64,000 bases of DNA, taken from the NCBI RefSeq assembly GCF_963921235.1, contig NC_086101.1:190774001-190838000 (forward strand). Reading direction: 5' to 3'. This document shows positions 38,611 through 49,776 of this stretch, in pieces (positions within the stretch are counted from its first letter, which is position 1; every line of letters starts with the position of its first letter). The position numbers and the translations under genes were made by a program. The DNA is from Mobula hypostoma (lineage: Eukaryota). The notes under the pieces are model-generated. The model was not told the DNA's origin. It saw nothing but the letters and a program-made list of their open reading frames with translations, and ran no database searches.

Positions 38611-39923
38611 CTCCCCCCACCCCCAACACACACCGGCAAGGCTGTTGAAGGCAAAGGCTTCAGGCAGAAGATGAAGAGAAGAGAACAGTCCAACAACTGA
38701 AGCTGAACCAAGGAATTATTTATGTAGCCAGCCCAAAATGTGAATCAGCTGCCTGAATCAGAGTGACCAAAAGAAAAAGGAAAAAACAAAAGAATGTTGA
38801 TTCCTCATATTCTATTAATTCCCTTTGATTGCGGGACACCTGATTCTCATCTAGACCTGCAGCATAAATATCCCAGCTTTGCATCCACTCATGGTCAGAT
38901 TGTTGCTTTCAGCCAGTGTGATAATCCACATTCCCTGCTGTTTAAGATGTGTATTCTAAGTTTTGTTTCAGTACTGAGTTTTGCCTGTGTAACTCTGACG
39001 CTTCGTGTCAAGAGAAGTATTGCCTGCCCCCTGTCTTTCCGTTCATCCTCCTGTTTGCCGATCAGCTCCAGCCACGTTCATGCCCTCATCTGCATCCCAG
39101 CTCTATCTCCGTGCCAGTGTCCTGCGTTTGGGTTCACCCGTTCTTTACAACAATATCAAACAATCCATGGCCAACGTCACTCAAATTTCATGTCTTCCCC
39201 ATTCTGATATATGGTCTGAAAATAACTGATATTCTTGACCACATCTGCATGCTTTTTTGTATTTAGTTACTGCCATATGATTAGCTGATTAGGTCATTGG
39301 ATTAAATGAGCAAGTGTACCTAGGCAAATGGCCACTGGCATAAGTTACTGATATTAAATTTGACTGGATGCTTGACAATATAAAAATGAAACATATTTCT
39401 CATTTCCTGCATCTGTAGTGTTAGGATTTCCAGCAAAAATCTCTGCCTTAGTCTGTGGAAGCTTCTAAGGATACCAAACGTTTCTTCAGATGCATAAACT
39501 GTAAAAGTGAGGCAAAAGTGGATATTGGATTGCCGGAAAACGATCCTGGAGAGGTAGTAATGGGGGGAAATGAAATAGCGTACCAATGGAATAAGTCTTT
39601 TGAATCAGTCTTCACTGAGGAAGACACTGGCATATGGTGGAAGTTCCATGTGTCAGAGGACATGAAGTGTGAAGTCACCATTGCTAGTGAGAAGGTTCTT
39701 GGGAACAGAAAGGTCTGAAGGTAGAAAAGTCACCTGGACCCGATGGTGTACACACCAGGGTTCCGAATGGGGTGGCTGAAGAGATCGTTGAGGCAGTAAT
39801 AATCACCTTTCAAGAAACACTAGGTTCTGGAATGGTTCTGGAAAACTGGAAAATTGCAAGTGGCACTCCACTCTTCAAAAAGGGAAAGAGACAGAAGAAA
39901 CGAATTTATAGGCCACATGATAA

Positions 39924-41176
39924 TGTGACGGGATCCTGAAGTACCCCTATGAACTGTTGTTTTGAACAGAGAGAGAGAGAGAGTTATTTAACACCAGCTT
40001 GTTTGTAAAAGAGAGAGAGAGAGAGAGAGACGAAGATTAACTGATTGGACGGTCACTTTAAGGCACTGGTTAACTTTTGGATGACTGCTGAATTGGAGAA
40101 AGATGGCACCGAGCAGCTTGGAAATTGCTATAGTGACCTACGGCAGGCTGTTAATACTTCTTCAAGGACTTTTTGCCTGCTTGCATTTATTCACAGACAA
40201 AGGAAGAAGGAGTTATTTGAATGACAGTTGATGCTCAGTACGGGAAGATAAAATAGGGGCTCAGATGATACAGACCTCAGACACATCATCTGGACACTGA
40301 ATGAGCATTGGTGTGCCCGCAGGAAAAGTGGGTTTTGGAGGATTGATCAGGCTAATCGATCCGTTGCTCTTGCAGTAGAAAGAAGGAAAAAGGGGTTGAC
40401 TGGTGTGGAGTTGTCCATGTACCAACCTCGCCTAGGGTATGGCTCCACCATAGAAAACCGGTCCCCTTTGTTAAAGTCACAGTCGGTGACTTTTTAAGGA
40501 GTTCGAAGGACAGCGAGAAGATCGACGGCGTCAGCTCACCTGAAGACTCAAATCTCTCCCTCGCTTTCTCTCTCCACCACTACTCAACTCAATACCATGA
40601 ACTGAACTGAACTGAACTGAACTTTACTCATCATCGTAAGACTATCTTTTTACCCCTAGATTTAAAGAAGCTCGGTTTTTCATACCTTTATATTCCACAC
40701 TTACTTTTATGCTGTCCAATGTGCATGCCATCTTGGACAATGTCTCCCATCCACTACATAATGTACTGGGTGGGCACAGGAGTACATTCAGCCAGAGACT
40801 CATTCCACCGAGATGCAAAACAGAGCGTCATAGGAAGTCATTCCTGCCTGTGGCCATCAAACTTTACAACTCCTCCCTTGGAGGGTCAGTCACCCTGAGG
40901 CAATAGACTGGTCCTGGACTTATTTCCTGACATAATTTACATATTACTATTTAATTATATATGGTGCAACTGTAACGAAAACCAATTTCCCGCGGGATCA
41001 ATAAAGTATGACTATGACTATGACTATGTCATCATTGCTAAACTGTTTGATTTATTTACATTTATATTACTGTATTGCGTAGTTACTAATAAATATTATT
41101 AGTTTCTAGCAATACTGGACTGCAAAGTGTTTTCCATCTCTGCTGGTTCTTTATTCCCGTCACGGGTTACGTGACA
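39924..41176. mobile_element. Solo LTR (TG...CA, ~940 bp excluding the nested insertion) with a 4-bp TSD
   Basis: Begins TGTGACG and ends CGTGACA (imperfect terminal inverted repeat). ATAA at 39920-39923 and 41177-41180. No internal gag/pol. Confidence 0.85.
40712..41028 (+). mobile_element. 3' end of a Rex1/L2-like LINE inserted in the solo LTR
   Basis: ORF 40709..40906 (HPLHNVL...QRLIPPRCKTERHRKSFLPVAIKLYNSS), AATAAA and an (ACTATG)n tail. TATG flanks at 40708-40711 and 41025-41028. A related copy lies at 62855-63140. Confidence 0.8.
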
Positions 41177-42714
41177 ATAACATAGGACGTAGTCAGCATA
41201 GATTCCTCAAGGGAAAATCTTGCTGACAAGTGTGTTTGAATGTTTTTGAAGAAAGTGTAAACAGGATAGATAAAGGAAAATCGATTCATGTTGTGTATTT
41301 CGATTTTTGGAAGTCCTTTGACAAGGTACTACACACGAGGCTGCGTAACAAGCTAGAAGCCAATGGTATAACCCTGAAGATCCGAACACGGATAAAAGTA
41401 ATCAGGGTTATGAAGGATCTTGGCCCGAAACGACGACTGTTTACTCTTTTCCATAGATGCTACCTAGCCAGCTGAGATCCTGTCACATCTTGTGTGTGTT
41501 GCAGAAAGGGAGTCTTTTCTGGTTGGCTGCCGGTAACTCGTGATGTTGCACAGGGGCCTGTGTTGGGACCGATTCTTAGGTTAATGATTTCGATGACAGA
41601 ATTGCTGGCTTTGATGCACCCTTTGCAGACGATACGAAGAAAGGTGGAAAGCAAGGTAGTTTTGAGGAAGTGGAGCGACTACAGCAGGACCTAGACAGAT
41701 TAGAAGAATGGGGAAAGAAGTGGAGAGAGAATACATTGTCGGTAAGTGTATGCTCATGCACATTGGTAGAAGAAAATGAAGTTTGACTTTTTAATGCAAA
41801 GAAAATACAGAGAAATTACAAAATCAAAAACAGCGGAGTAAAATGACTAGGGAGACCTTGCTTAAGTTTCCCTCATGGGTAATTTCAAGGTTGAGACTGG
41901 TGAAGAAAGCAAATGCGATGTTAGCGTTCATTTCGAGAAGTTGAATATAAACTGAAGGTTGTAATGTTGAGAGTTTATATAGCACTGGAAAGGCTTCACT
42001 TAGAATATTGTGAGCATTTTGGGCTCCTTAACTTAGAAAGGATGTGCTGAAACGGAAGGGTTTTCAAAGCAGGATTATGAAAATAGATCGTCCATGATGA
42101 AATAGCGGAGCACACCTATTGGGCCAAGTGGCTTAATTCGGATCGTATGTATTATGGTCCTATGGTAAGTCAAATAACCACCCGTTACAACAGTAATGTG
42201 CAGAAGAGCATTCAGCAAACGTCACTGCCTTAGGCTCTGGAAGCATTTAATGAAAATAAATCGGAAAAGGAAAGTTCATGCACACAGTCATCCAATAGAA
42301 TCACCTACCGGGACCAGGATTACGTCCCATGTACCATCAGTCCACCGGCGGTGTCACCCAAGGACTTGGTCAATATTATGTTTTAAGACCATAAGGTCTT
42401 GTACTGGAACTAATTCAGTGACATTCTACACCGCAACCACATATCTCTCGATCCCTTAGGCCGGAGGAGGAGGCTGCAATGACGAGAACTCTGCTGTTTC
42501 AAACTCCTACACTTATCTTTTGTTAATCCAAGATCCATGATCATGTCTAACAAGGACAGATGCCTCTCATACAAGGATTGCCAAACTTTTCCTTTTGTCA
42601 TGGAGTAATACCCTTAAGCAAAGGGACCGTGAACCTCCAGTTGAGAAACTCTGCTCTCGAATTTACATAGAAAACTATATCTTAGTAATAGAGGACACGT
42701 TTAATTTGTTATTC

Positions 42715-43160
42715 AGAGATAAAGCACGGAGCAAGCTTGCGCTGCCCAAATAAACTCAAGTGACTAATTATCCTCAGAACCATACGTCTTTGAAATGTGG
42801 GAAGTAACCAGAATATCCGGAGAAAACCCACCCGGTACCGGGAAAAAACGAACAAGCTCCTTAGAATCCCCGGCGTGAATTGAACTGGCGTCACTGACAC
42901 TACTGCTGCTGGTGATTTGTGTGTGGAATTTGCACGTTTCCACTGTGAATGTGGGTGGGTATCCCATAGGTATTCTGGTTCTTTGCCCACATCCCAGGAT
43001 GAGTGGGATGATTAGTTAATTTCATAACAGAAATCATCCCGTGTGATTGTCAGGAGATTTGGGGGCAGTTAATGGGATTAGTTGAAACAGGACGGGTTAC
43101 AAGTAAACAGAGAGTGAATGGGACAACTGGGACCGCTCCGCTGAGAGCCAGCATTGTGCA
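42715..43160. mobile_element. Two V-SINE/HE1-like fragments in opposite orientation (~42715-42905 minus, ~42910-43160 plus)
   Basis: GTGTGGAATTTGCACGTTTCC...GGTTCTTTGCCCACATCCCA on the plus strand and its reverse complement immediately upstream. Confidence 0.7.
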
Positions 43161-43244
43161 ATGGGCCGGATATCCTCCTTTTCTGTAATAAGTAATACGG
43201 GACAGTTATTGAATTCAAATGGCATCTATAGATACAGCTAAATA

Positions 43245-43790
43245 ATTCACTACAACACACACAAAAGGTCGGAGGAAATTCAGCAGGTCGGGCGGCGTCG
43301 ATGGAAATAAATAAACATTTGACGTTCCTGGCATAGATCACTCATCATTTTGGAAAGGAAAGGGGAACAAGCTAGAATAAGACAGTGGAGGAATGGAAGC
43401 TAGGTGAAGCCAGGTGGGTGGGCGATGGGAGATGAAGTAAGAAGCAGGGAGGAGATAGATTAAAAAGGTAAATGGCTGCTGAAGAAAAGAAAATCTCATA
43501 AGAGAGGATAGTGGACCATTGGCGAAAGGAAACCACAGTGGGAGGGCCACCACGGGGATTAGCCGCCGAGGAGATGAGAGAGTTAAGGGAGTGGCAGAGT
43601 GGAGAATTGAAGAAGAGGGAACGGGAGGGGGAATTACCGGAAGCTGGAGAAATCGGTATGCGTTCCATCAAGTGCAAGGCCAGCCAAACGGAATATAAGA
43701 TGCTACTCCTCCAACAGGTAAATCCAACCTTTGGCAGGTGGAGAGAAGGTGATCGACAAAGCGGTACTCCAATGTACGTCGGGTTTCAGA
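43245..43790 (-). mobile_element. Degenerate Penelope 3' fragment
   Basis: ACAACACACACAAAAGGTCGGAGGAAATTCAGCAGGTCGGGCGGC...GAAGCTGGAGAAATCGGTATG aligns loosely to 49780-50250. Confidence 0.6.
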
Positions 43791-45399
43791 TGTGCAAGTT
43801 TAATAGTTATTTACACAATGCACATTCTCACCTTCCCAAACTTTAAAAAGTTAAAAGTTTTAGTTAATACAATGAGTTTACAGGGATTAATGCCAAACAT
43901 GGTGACTGCTTCGGATGGATTTAGAAAGAAGTTGTAGAGTCAGCACCAAACTGCTATTCTGCCTTGTATCATTGATTCAAACATGCAAGATAGTCCTCCA
44001 AAACACCCTCACACCCCATCCATGTACTGATTTAAACTTCTCTTAAGTGTTGTCACAATTCTGTACAGAGCAAAGTTTGTCCTGCGGACTGAAAACGTCG
44101 CCTATCTGCACATCCCAATTGACCCCATGAGCTGCGTAGGCTTCGACGCCTTGCCTATTTAGGTGTTTTCTGATTGCATCAAGAACGTTCCAGGTGAAAA
44201 CTCTCATTCCACAAAACTCCTTTAAAACCCTTTATTCTCCATCTGTATAATCTTATTTTGGATCCGCTTTTATGTAAAGTTTGTTGGAAATGGGAAAGAT
44301 ACCAACAAGATGCAAATCTAACTTTATCAATAATTGAGGGCCAGTCATTATCCTCTACTAGTATTTGAGACGAAGCACCAATGCCCAAGAAAGGAAAAGC
44401 CAACAACAAGTGGTAGATACAAGGAGTCTATCACAGGAAAAGCCCCCCCCCCCACCCCCACCCAGAACGCCACCCCCTACACTGAGCTGATTTACAAGCA
44501 GCGCTGCCACAAGAAAGCAGCGCTCGACATCAAGGATCCCCCATCATCCAGAACAAGCTTTCTTCTCTCTGTTGCCACCGGGAAACAGGTACATGACTCT
44601 CGGGTCCCACACCACCAGGTTGATGACCAGTTATTACCCTTCAACTACCACGACCGCCGTGGATAACATCACTCAAGTTAACACAAAACTGATCACTGAA
44701 TAGAACTTATAGACTCAGTTTTAAGGGCCCTATAAATCATGTTCTTCAACCATCTATCTATCTAGCTACCAACTTACCTGCCTGCCTATATATCCCCATT
44801 TATCTAACTATATAATGTGTCTATTGTTTTATGTTTGTTTCTCCCTTGTGCAAAGGTTTGCCTTCTTTGTACATTGTTTATGTGTCAATCATTGATTCTA
44901 CTGTATTTCTTTGTTCTGCTGTGAATGCCTGTATGAAAATGAACATTCGGCTAGTCCGTGGTGATACATATGAACTTTATTAATATATTTACCTTGAACT
45001 TTGAAGGAATATGGAAGCACATTAACAAGTTGTCCGAGATCACATGCGTTCAGGTACATTTATCGATTTAGCACACGTGAAATTAACCATTTGCGTATAA
45101 AAACAGTACTTAAAAATTCGCTGGGAGCAGCCCGCAAATGTGTCTACAGTTGAAAATTGGAGCCTTTCCGAGTGCTTCAGCTGAAACCAGATTCAATCCA
45201 ACAGACACTCCCCCCCCCACCCCACAACACAGCTCATCCCACAAGTCCCCCAGCTCTACCGACGGTTTCCCTGTCAGGAACAGTCCCTCCTTTTCCTTCC
45301 ACCCACCAGCCTGACCCCAGTTAAAGTGTGTAGGCCATTCGGTCGCCCAGCCCTGCTCCACCAGTCAACACGATCCTGGTTAACCATCCATTTCTGTGC

Positions 45400-45900
45400 T
45401 GCAGACAACAGTGTATGTTCTCCATTGGCGTGTAAAGAATTTTCTGCTCAAATCTCTCAGTTCATCGCACTAGGAGGTCGAGTTATTTCTGCTGATCTCG
45501 GACTGTTTCAATGTTTCCCGAGTCTGTGGCCACAGGCTCTGGGCTTTACAGAACTGGGATGAATTTAATGTGAAGAATGAATCAACTGTTGGTACCCCAG
45601 CCTGAGACTGACTGCGAACCCTGCAAAGACAACACTTGTGTTCGTCACTCACACCTCAGTGTTTGGGCCTCCTGAGTGCTGCACTTTCCTTACTGGGCTT
45701 GAAATACTGACTTTTTTCACATGCTGTAGAAGGTCGAGGAACTGTTAAGCCACAACACAGACACTTACAACTGAAAATATCAGGAAGCCGAGCAGAGAGC
45801 AAAGTATTCTTAGAATTTGATCAACAACGAAGCTTGCGTCAATCTACGCATCACATTCTGTGTAAAACAAACTTGTCCCGATTTTTAAAGAGTACACCCC
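45400..45900. repeat. Recurrent ~450-bp module, copy 5 (most diverged)
   Basis: GAGGAACTGTTAAGCCACAACAC...CAGGAAGCCGAGCAGAGAGCAAAGTATTCTTAGAATTT...CACATTCTGTGTAAAACAAAC. Confidence 0.7.
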
Positions 45901-45906
45901 CTGCCA

Positions 45907-45907
<1 letters not shown>

Positions 45908-45965
<58 letters not shown>
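45908..45965. repeat. (CA)n microsatellite
   Basis: Uninterrupted CA run. Confidence 0.98.
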
Positions 45966-45968
<3 letters not shown>

Positions 45969-47705
45969 TTCTGTTTGTAGAGTTGGCTTGTGGACGCAGA
46001 TGACTTTGGGTTGTTACTCTGTACCCCCAGTAAGTTCCCCACAACGAGTCTATCTAGCTCATGCACCAACACATGTGAATTCCTTTGCTGCTGGGTGAAT
46101 TTCCAGACCCTACCACGCCCAGCTTTTCCGCTCTAATCAGAAAGCATGGGTCGAGAACAACGTTTCCACAACTTGCTGACCGGTGCATGTCCGTGCGCGT
46201 AGACTGGACTCAGAGAAGATGACCAGCGCGTGTACCCAGGTCGAACAGCCCTTGGACCTCACCCCTACTCAATGTCCTAAGCCCAACAGTGGTTGCCGTC
46301 CATGCCGCGTTTACCGCCGCCTAAGTGAGGCCTCCATCCACGATCGTTTTCTGGTCCTGCATGTTCGGCACGTTTAGCCCAGAATTCCGCAACAGGTGGT
46401 AGAGTCAAAGCAGGAGGAGGCCAATGAAAGACAGATAACATTTCTTCATTTCTTCAATTAATTGGACGGTGGTTGTTCTCTAGTATATGCAGAGCAAGAA
46501 CGACAGTGGTGTGATTAAACATTTTTACTGAGTGATGTTAACTTGGATACACTCTGCGTAACTTACAGTACGGGTGAGACGAACCCGGTTTGGTGTGAAG
46601 AAACGCATGCGCACTTGAAAGCCCACTCCTGAAAGAAAGTACCAGCCGCGCCGAGAGGCCAATTGTTCCTCGTGAGATCGATCGGCCGCCTACGGACTCG
46701 CCACATTGTCGCAAACGAACCGATCCGGTTGGATGCTTGTCCAGCAGCTGAGACTATTCAGGACAAAGGTCGATATATTTTTGATTATCTTGGAAAGTAC
46801 GGGAATATGCAGGATTTGCAGGAAATGATCAGGCATGTTTGTATTTGAGAGGGGAGCAGGTACCAGCTGCCGAATGACCCAGTTTCCTTCACACCAAAAG
46901 ATCCAGAACATAAAACAGCACAGCTCACTCGAGATCCGTCGGCCCACGATGTTAACCCAACTTTCTAACCTGCTCCAGGCTCAACCTAAATTTCGGGTGA
47001 CATAGTCGAGTCGCGGTTGTGGCATCGCTTTAGAGAACTAGTTAGTGATTAACCGTTGGGTTCAATTCGCGCCACTGAAAGAACTTTGGATTTAAAATGT
47101 CAGATTCTATTAACAAAGTGGACGAGGAATCGGGTCTTTTCCCAGGTGGCAAGATGTAACTAAAGGACGGAATTGTATTTATGCCCAGTTGCTCAAAGTC
47201 AACAACAATGAACTGGATGGGCGAAATAATTTCAACACCTCCATCTTTGAGGGTGGCGTAATGCAAGCTGATTTCAGAACAGAAGAAAGGATGCCGCTGT
47301 AGCTGTACAGGGCCTTAGGGAGAGCCTATCTGAAATTTGTGCAGTTTTGAATTTGTCTGAGTTGGGATGATTTATCAGGGAGCGAGTGCAGTGAAGGTTT
47401 ACTAGGATCCCGAGGGAGCAGAGCTGTTACCTGATGAGAGATTAAATCAGTTGGCCCCATAGTCGCTGGAACTGAGAGGAGTAACAGGAGCTCATAAAAG
47501 CGTATAAAATTCCAACAGGACAAAGCAGACTCTAAATGAGAGCGGGTCTGAAACCATAAAAAGCAGAGAAGGGAAAATCGGAAAGCCATTTGGAAATCAG
47601 ATTAGAAATGCCCGATCCCAGAGTGCGGTAGCTGATGAAGTACACACGGAGGGGCGACTGAACCTTGTGTTTGGAAAACCGGACCTCCCAGTCTCCTGGA
47701 GTGGG

Positions 47706-47721
47706 TCAGTCTCGTCGCTTT
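47706..47721 (-). CDS. Candidate terminal coding exon of the Ig receptor (tail ...RKRRD*)
   Basis: Strong acceptor TGTTTCGTTCTGTCCACAG|A. In phase 2, matching the TM exon, it reads (AG)A AAG CGA CGA GAC TGA, a basic juxtamembrane cluster followed by a stop. Confidence 0.45.
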
Positions 47722-49269
47722 CTGTGGACAGAACGAAACAGTTATCATGAACCTTGATCGTTGTACAATGACAGCACATCCGACTCCCTCTCCCCAATTC
47801 ACTTATAACCTTTGAAGGGATTTGGATCGAGACATGATGGGATTTCCCACTGGATAAATTTTATCGTCGGTATCAGTGTTTGACAACAAAACTGGAGATG
47901 AGCCCAAATTTTTATTCAGTTATTCAACTGGAAACTTTACAGTGACATAACAATATAGGTCGTGTTGTTGACAGGAAGATGGTCTTGGGCTGCCGGATAA
48001 CATTGATAAAATAGTATGGTACTTAGATTAAGACCATAAGAGCATATAAAATATCATCAAACTTTTGGAATTCAGCCCTTCTATTCTGTTCTGCATTCCA
48101 TCGTTGTTGATTTATTATCCCTACCAAACCCCATTCTCCTGTACTTACGCCGTCAACTTTGACGCCCTTACTAATCAAAAACCCACCAATCTCTGTTTTC
48201 AGTATTCCCACAGCCGTTTGTGGCAATACATTCCACAGATTCACTACCTTCTGGCTCAGGAAATTCCTCGGAATATGCGTTCTAAAGGAAAATCCTTCTA
48301 TGTATGGCAGAGTGAAGTTAATCCTGGCTGTGAATCACTTTCTAGGACACAGGCATTTGATTATCAGATTTCTTAGGATGAATCCGGAAGAGAGGGAAGT
48401 GGATACAATAATCATAGGAGCTAAGTAAATGCAACGTATTGGGGACAGTAAGAGATCGAGGCCGTAATTTAAGGAGGAACCTGATTATCAACGATATAAG
48501 AGTCATGGAATTTGAATTACTTTTCAGTGTTAATATGTCTGAAGTTGATAGGCTATCAGTTTAAATTGAATTATTCTTAAGGGAGATGGCTGCAGAGATT
48601 CAGTCAAGAGCTCAATCTCTGAGGGATTTCGCCTCATGGACTAGTTTTGTGTAGACCAAGAGACCATATTCATCCTGGGTTGATTGCAGTACCTGATCCC
48701 AGTGCACGTGGGATGGGGAGAGACGAGACTTTCCCGCATTGTTGTTTCTTCTGGGTTCCAGTGTGTCCTTTTGTGCACATCAAAATTAGATTCGTATTTG
48801 GAACATAGACCATTACAGCACACTACAGACCCTTCGGCCCTCGATGTTATACCACCCTGTCAGTCTTCTCTAAGCACAATCTATTACTTATCATTTTGTT
48901 ATTTACAGAAACAACGGCCCACCGAGTCGTGACACCCAGCAACTCAGGGATGTAATGCTAGTCTAAACACAAGACAGTTTACAATGAACAATTAGTCTGA
49001 TAACCGGAAGTTTTTGGACTGTGGGAGGAAACCAGAGCACCCAGAGGAAACCGACGCGCACATCGAAAGAGCGTACATACTTTCTAACAAAGGGCGCCAG
49101 AAGCTCTAACCCTTTCCTCTCATCCTGCCGAAGGGTTTCTGCCCGAAACGGCGACTGTACTTTTTTCCATAGATGCTGCCTGGCCTGCTGAGTTCCTCCA
49201 GCATTTTGTGTGTGTGTTGCTTTAATTTACAGCATCTGCAGTTTTTCTCTCATTTGCTTCTACACATCC

Positions 49270-49315
49270 TTACATTTGTCTATCATTCAGCGGGTATCTA
49301 GCGGGTACATTTAAT
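49270..49315 (-). CDS. Alternative candidate terminal exon (tail ...RLNVPARYPLNDRQM*)
   Basis: Acceptor GTTTAGCGTTTTCAG|A 220 nt after the TM exon donor. The phase-2 reading is open for 14 codons, then TAA. Confidence 0.3.
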
Positions 49316-49535
49316 CTGAAAACGCTAAACAGCCTACAAATACTTCTGCAGGTGTCATCTTATGATGCAGGAGTGCAACGAGTATTTTCTGCGGTGCTCC
49401 CACAAACAGCAACCGACAAGTACTGGCAGTACGCCTCAAGCATTTGAGACAATTCCCAACACCCACCGACTGTCTCAGTGAATCGGATATCAGTCACGTC
49501 ACGGCAAGAGCCTTCAGCATTATTACATACAGTAC

Positions 49536-49635
49536 CTGAGTTTGTCACCGTAGAGAACGGCGCCCATCACTAAAAGGACGAGAGTTTTCAATCCGAGTGG
49601 GATACACAACATCAGCTCGGCAAAAGCGTCTGTCC
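49536..49635 (-). CDS. Transmembrane exon with an intramembrane lysine (GTDAFAELMLCIPLGLKTLVLLVMGAVLYGDKLR)
   Basis: Acceptor CTCTCTCCCTTTCACTTCAG| and donor AG|GTACTG, 100 nt, phase 1 to phase 2. Hydrophobic stretch with Lys (codon 49586-49588). PLGLKTLVLL resembles the Siglec-15 TM motif LGFKALLLL, recalled from memory. Confidence 0.8.
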
Positions 49636-49776
49636 CTGAAGTGAAAGGGAGAGAGGTCAATCCAGACTCAGGCAGAGGGGGAGACACCAATAATGTAAAC
49701 TGATTAAAATCTGTAGGTGTGTAGATGAATTTATAATTCAGCAGATTTATACTGAAAAAGCTACAGATAATAACGT

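Larger units (their letters stand above)
28240..38780. repeat. Segmental duplication, copy B (direct tandem copy of A, plus a 3-kb CR1 and minus ~1.9 kb)
   Basis: Same blocks as copy A. Contains the CR1 at 30532..33578, which A lacks. Lacks the equivalent of A ~21170-23060. Confidence 0.9.
39430..42160 (+). mobile_element. Old CR1 fragments hosting the solo LTR
   Basis: KRFFRCINCKSEAKVDIGL, KSPGPDG-like and NYRP-like segments on the left. SQH.FL.GKSCLT, KSFDKV and QGPVLGP on the right. Confidence 0.7.

Noticed and set aside
45470-45652. Coding exon within the recurrent module (minus strand ...SLWPQTRET...)
   Set aside because: Paralogous copies have stops and frameshifts at different positions, with no conserved frame or recognisable domain.
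3075-49160. Other hammerhead-like motifs at ~3075, 19010, 22520, 41430 and 49130 as active ribozymes
   Set aside because: Each has substitutions in CUGANGA, GAAA or the cleavage triplet/stem I.
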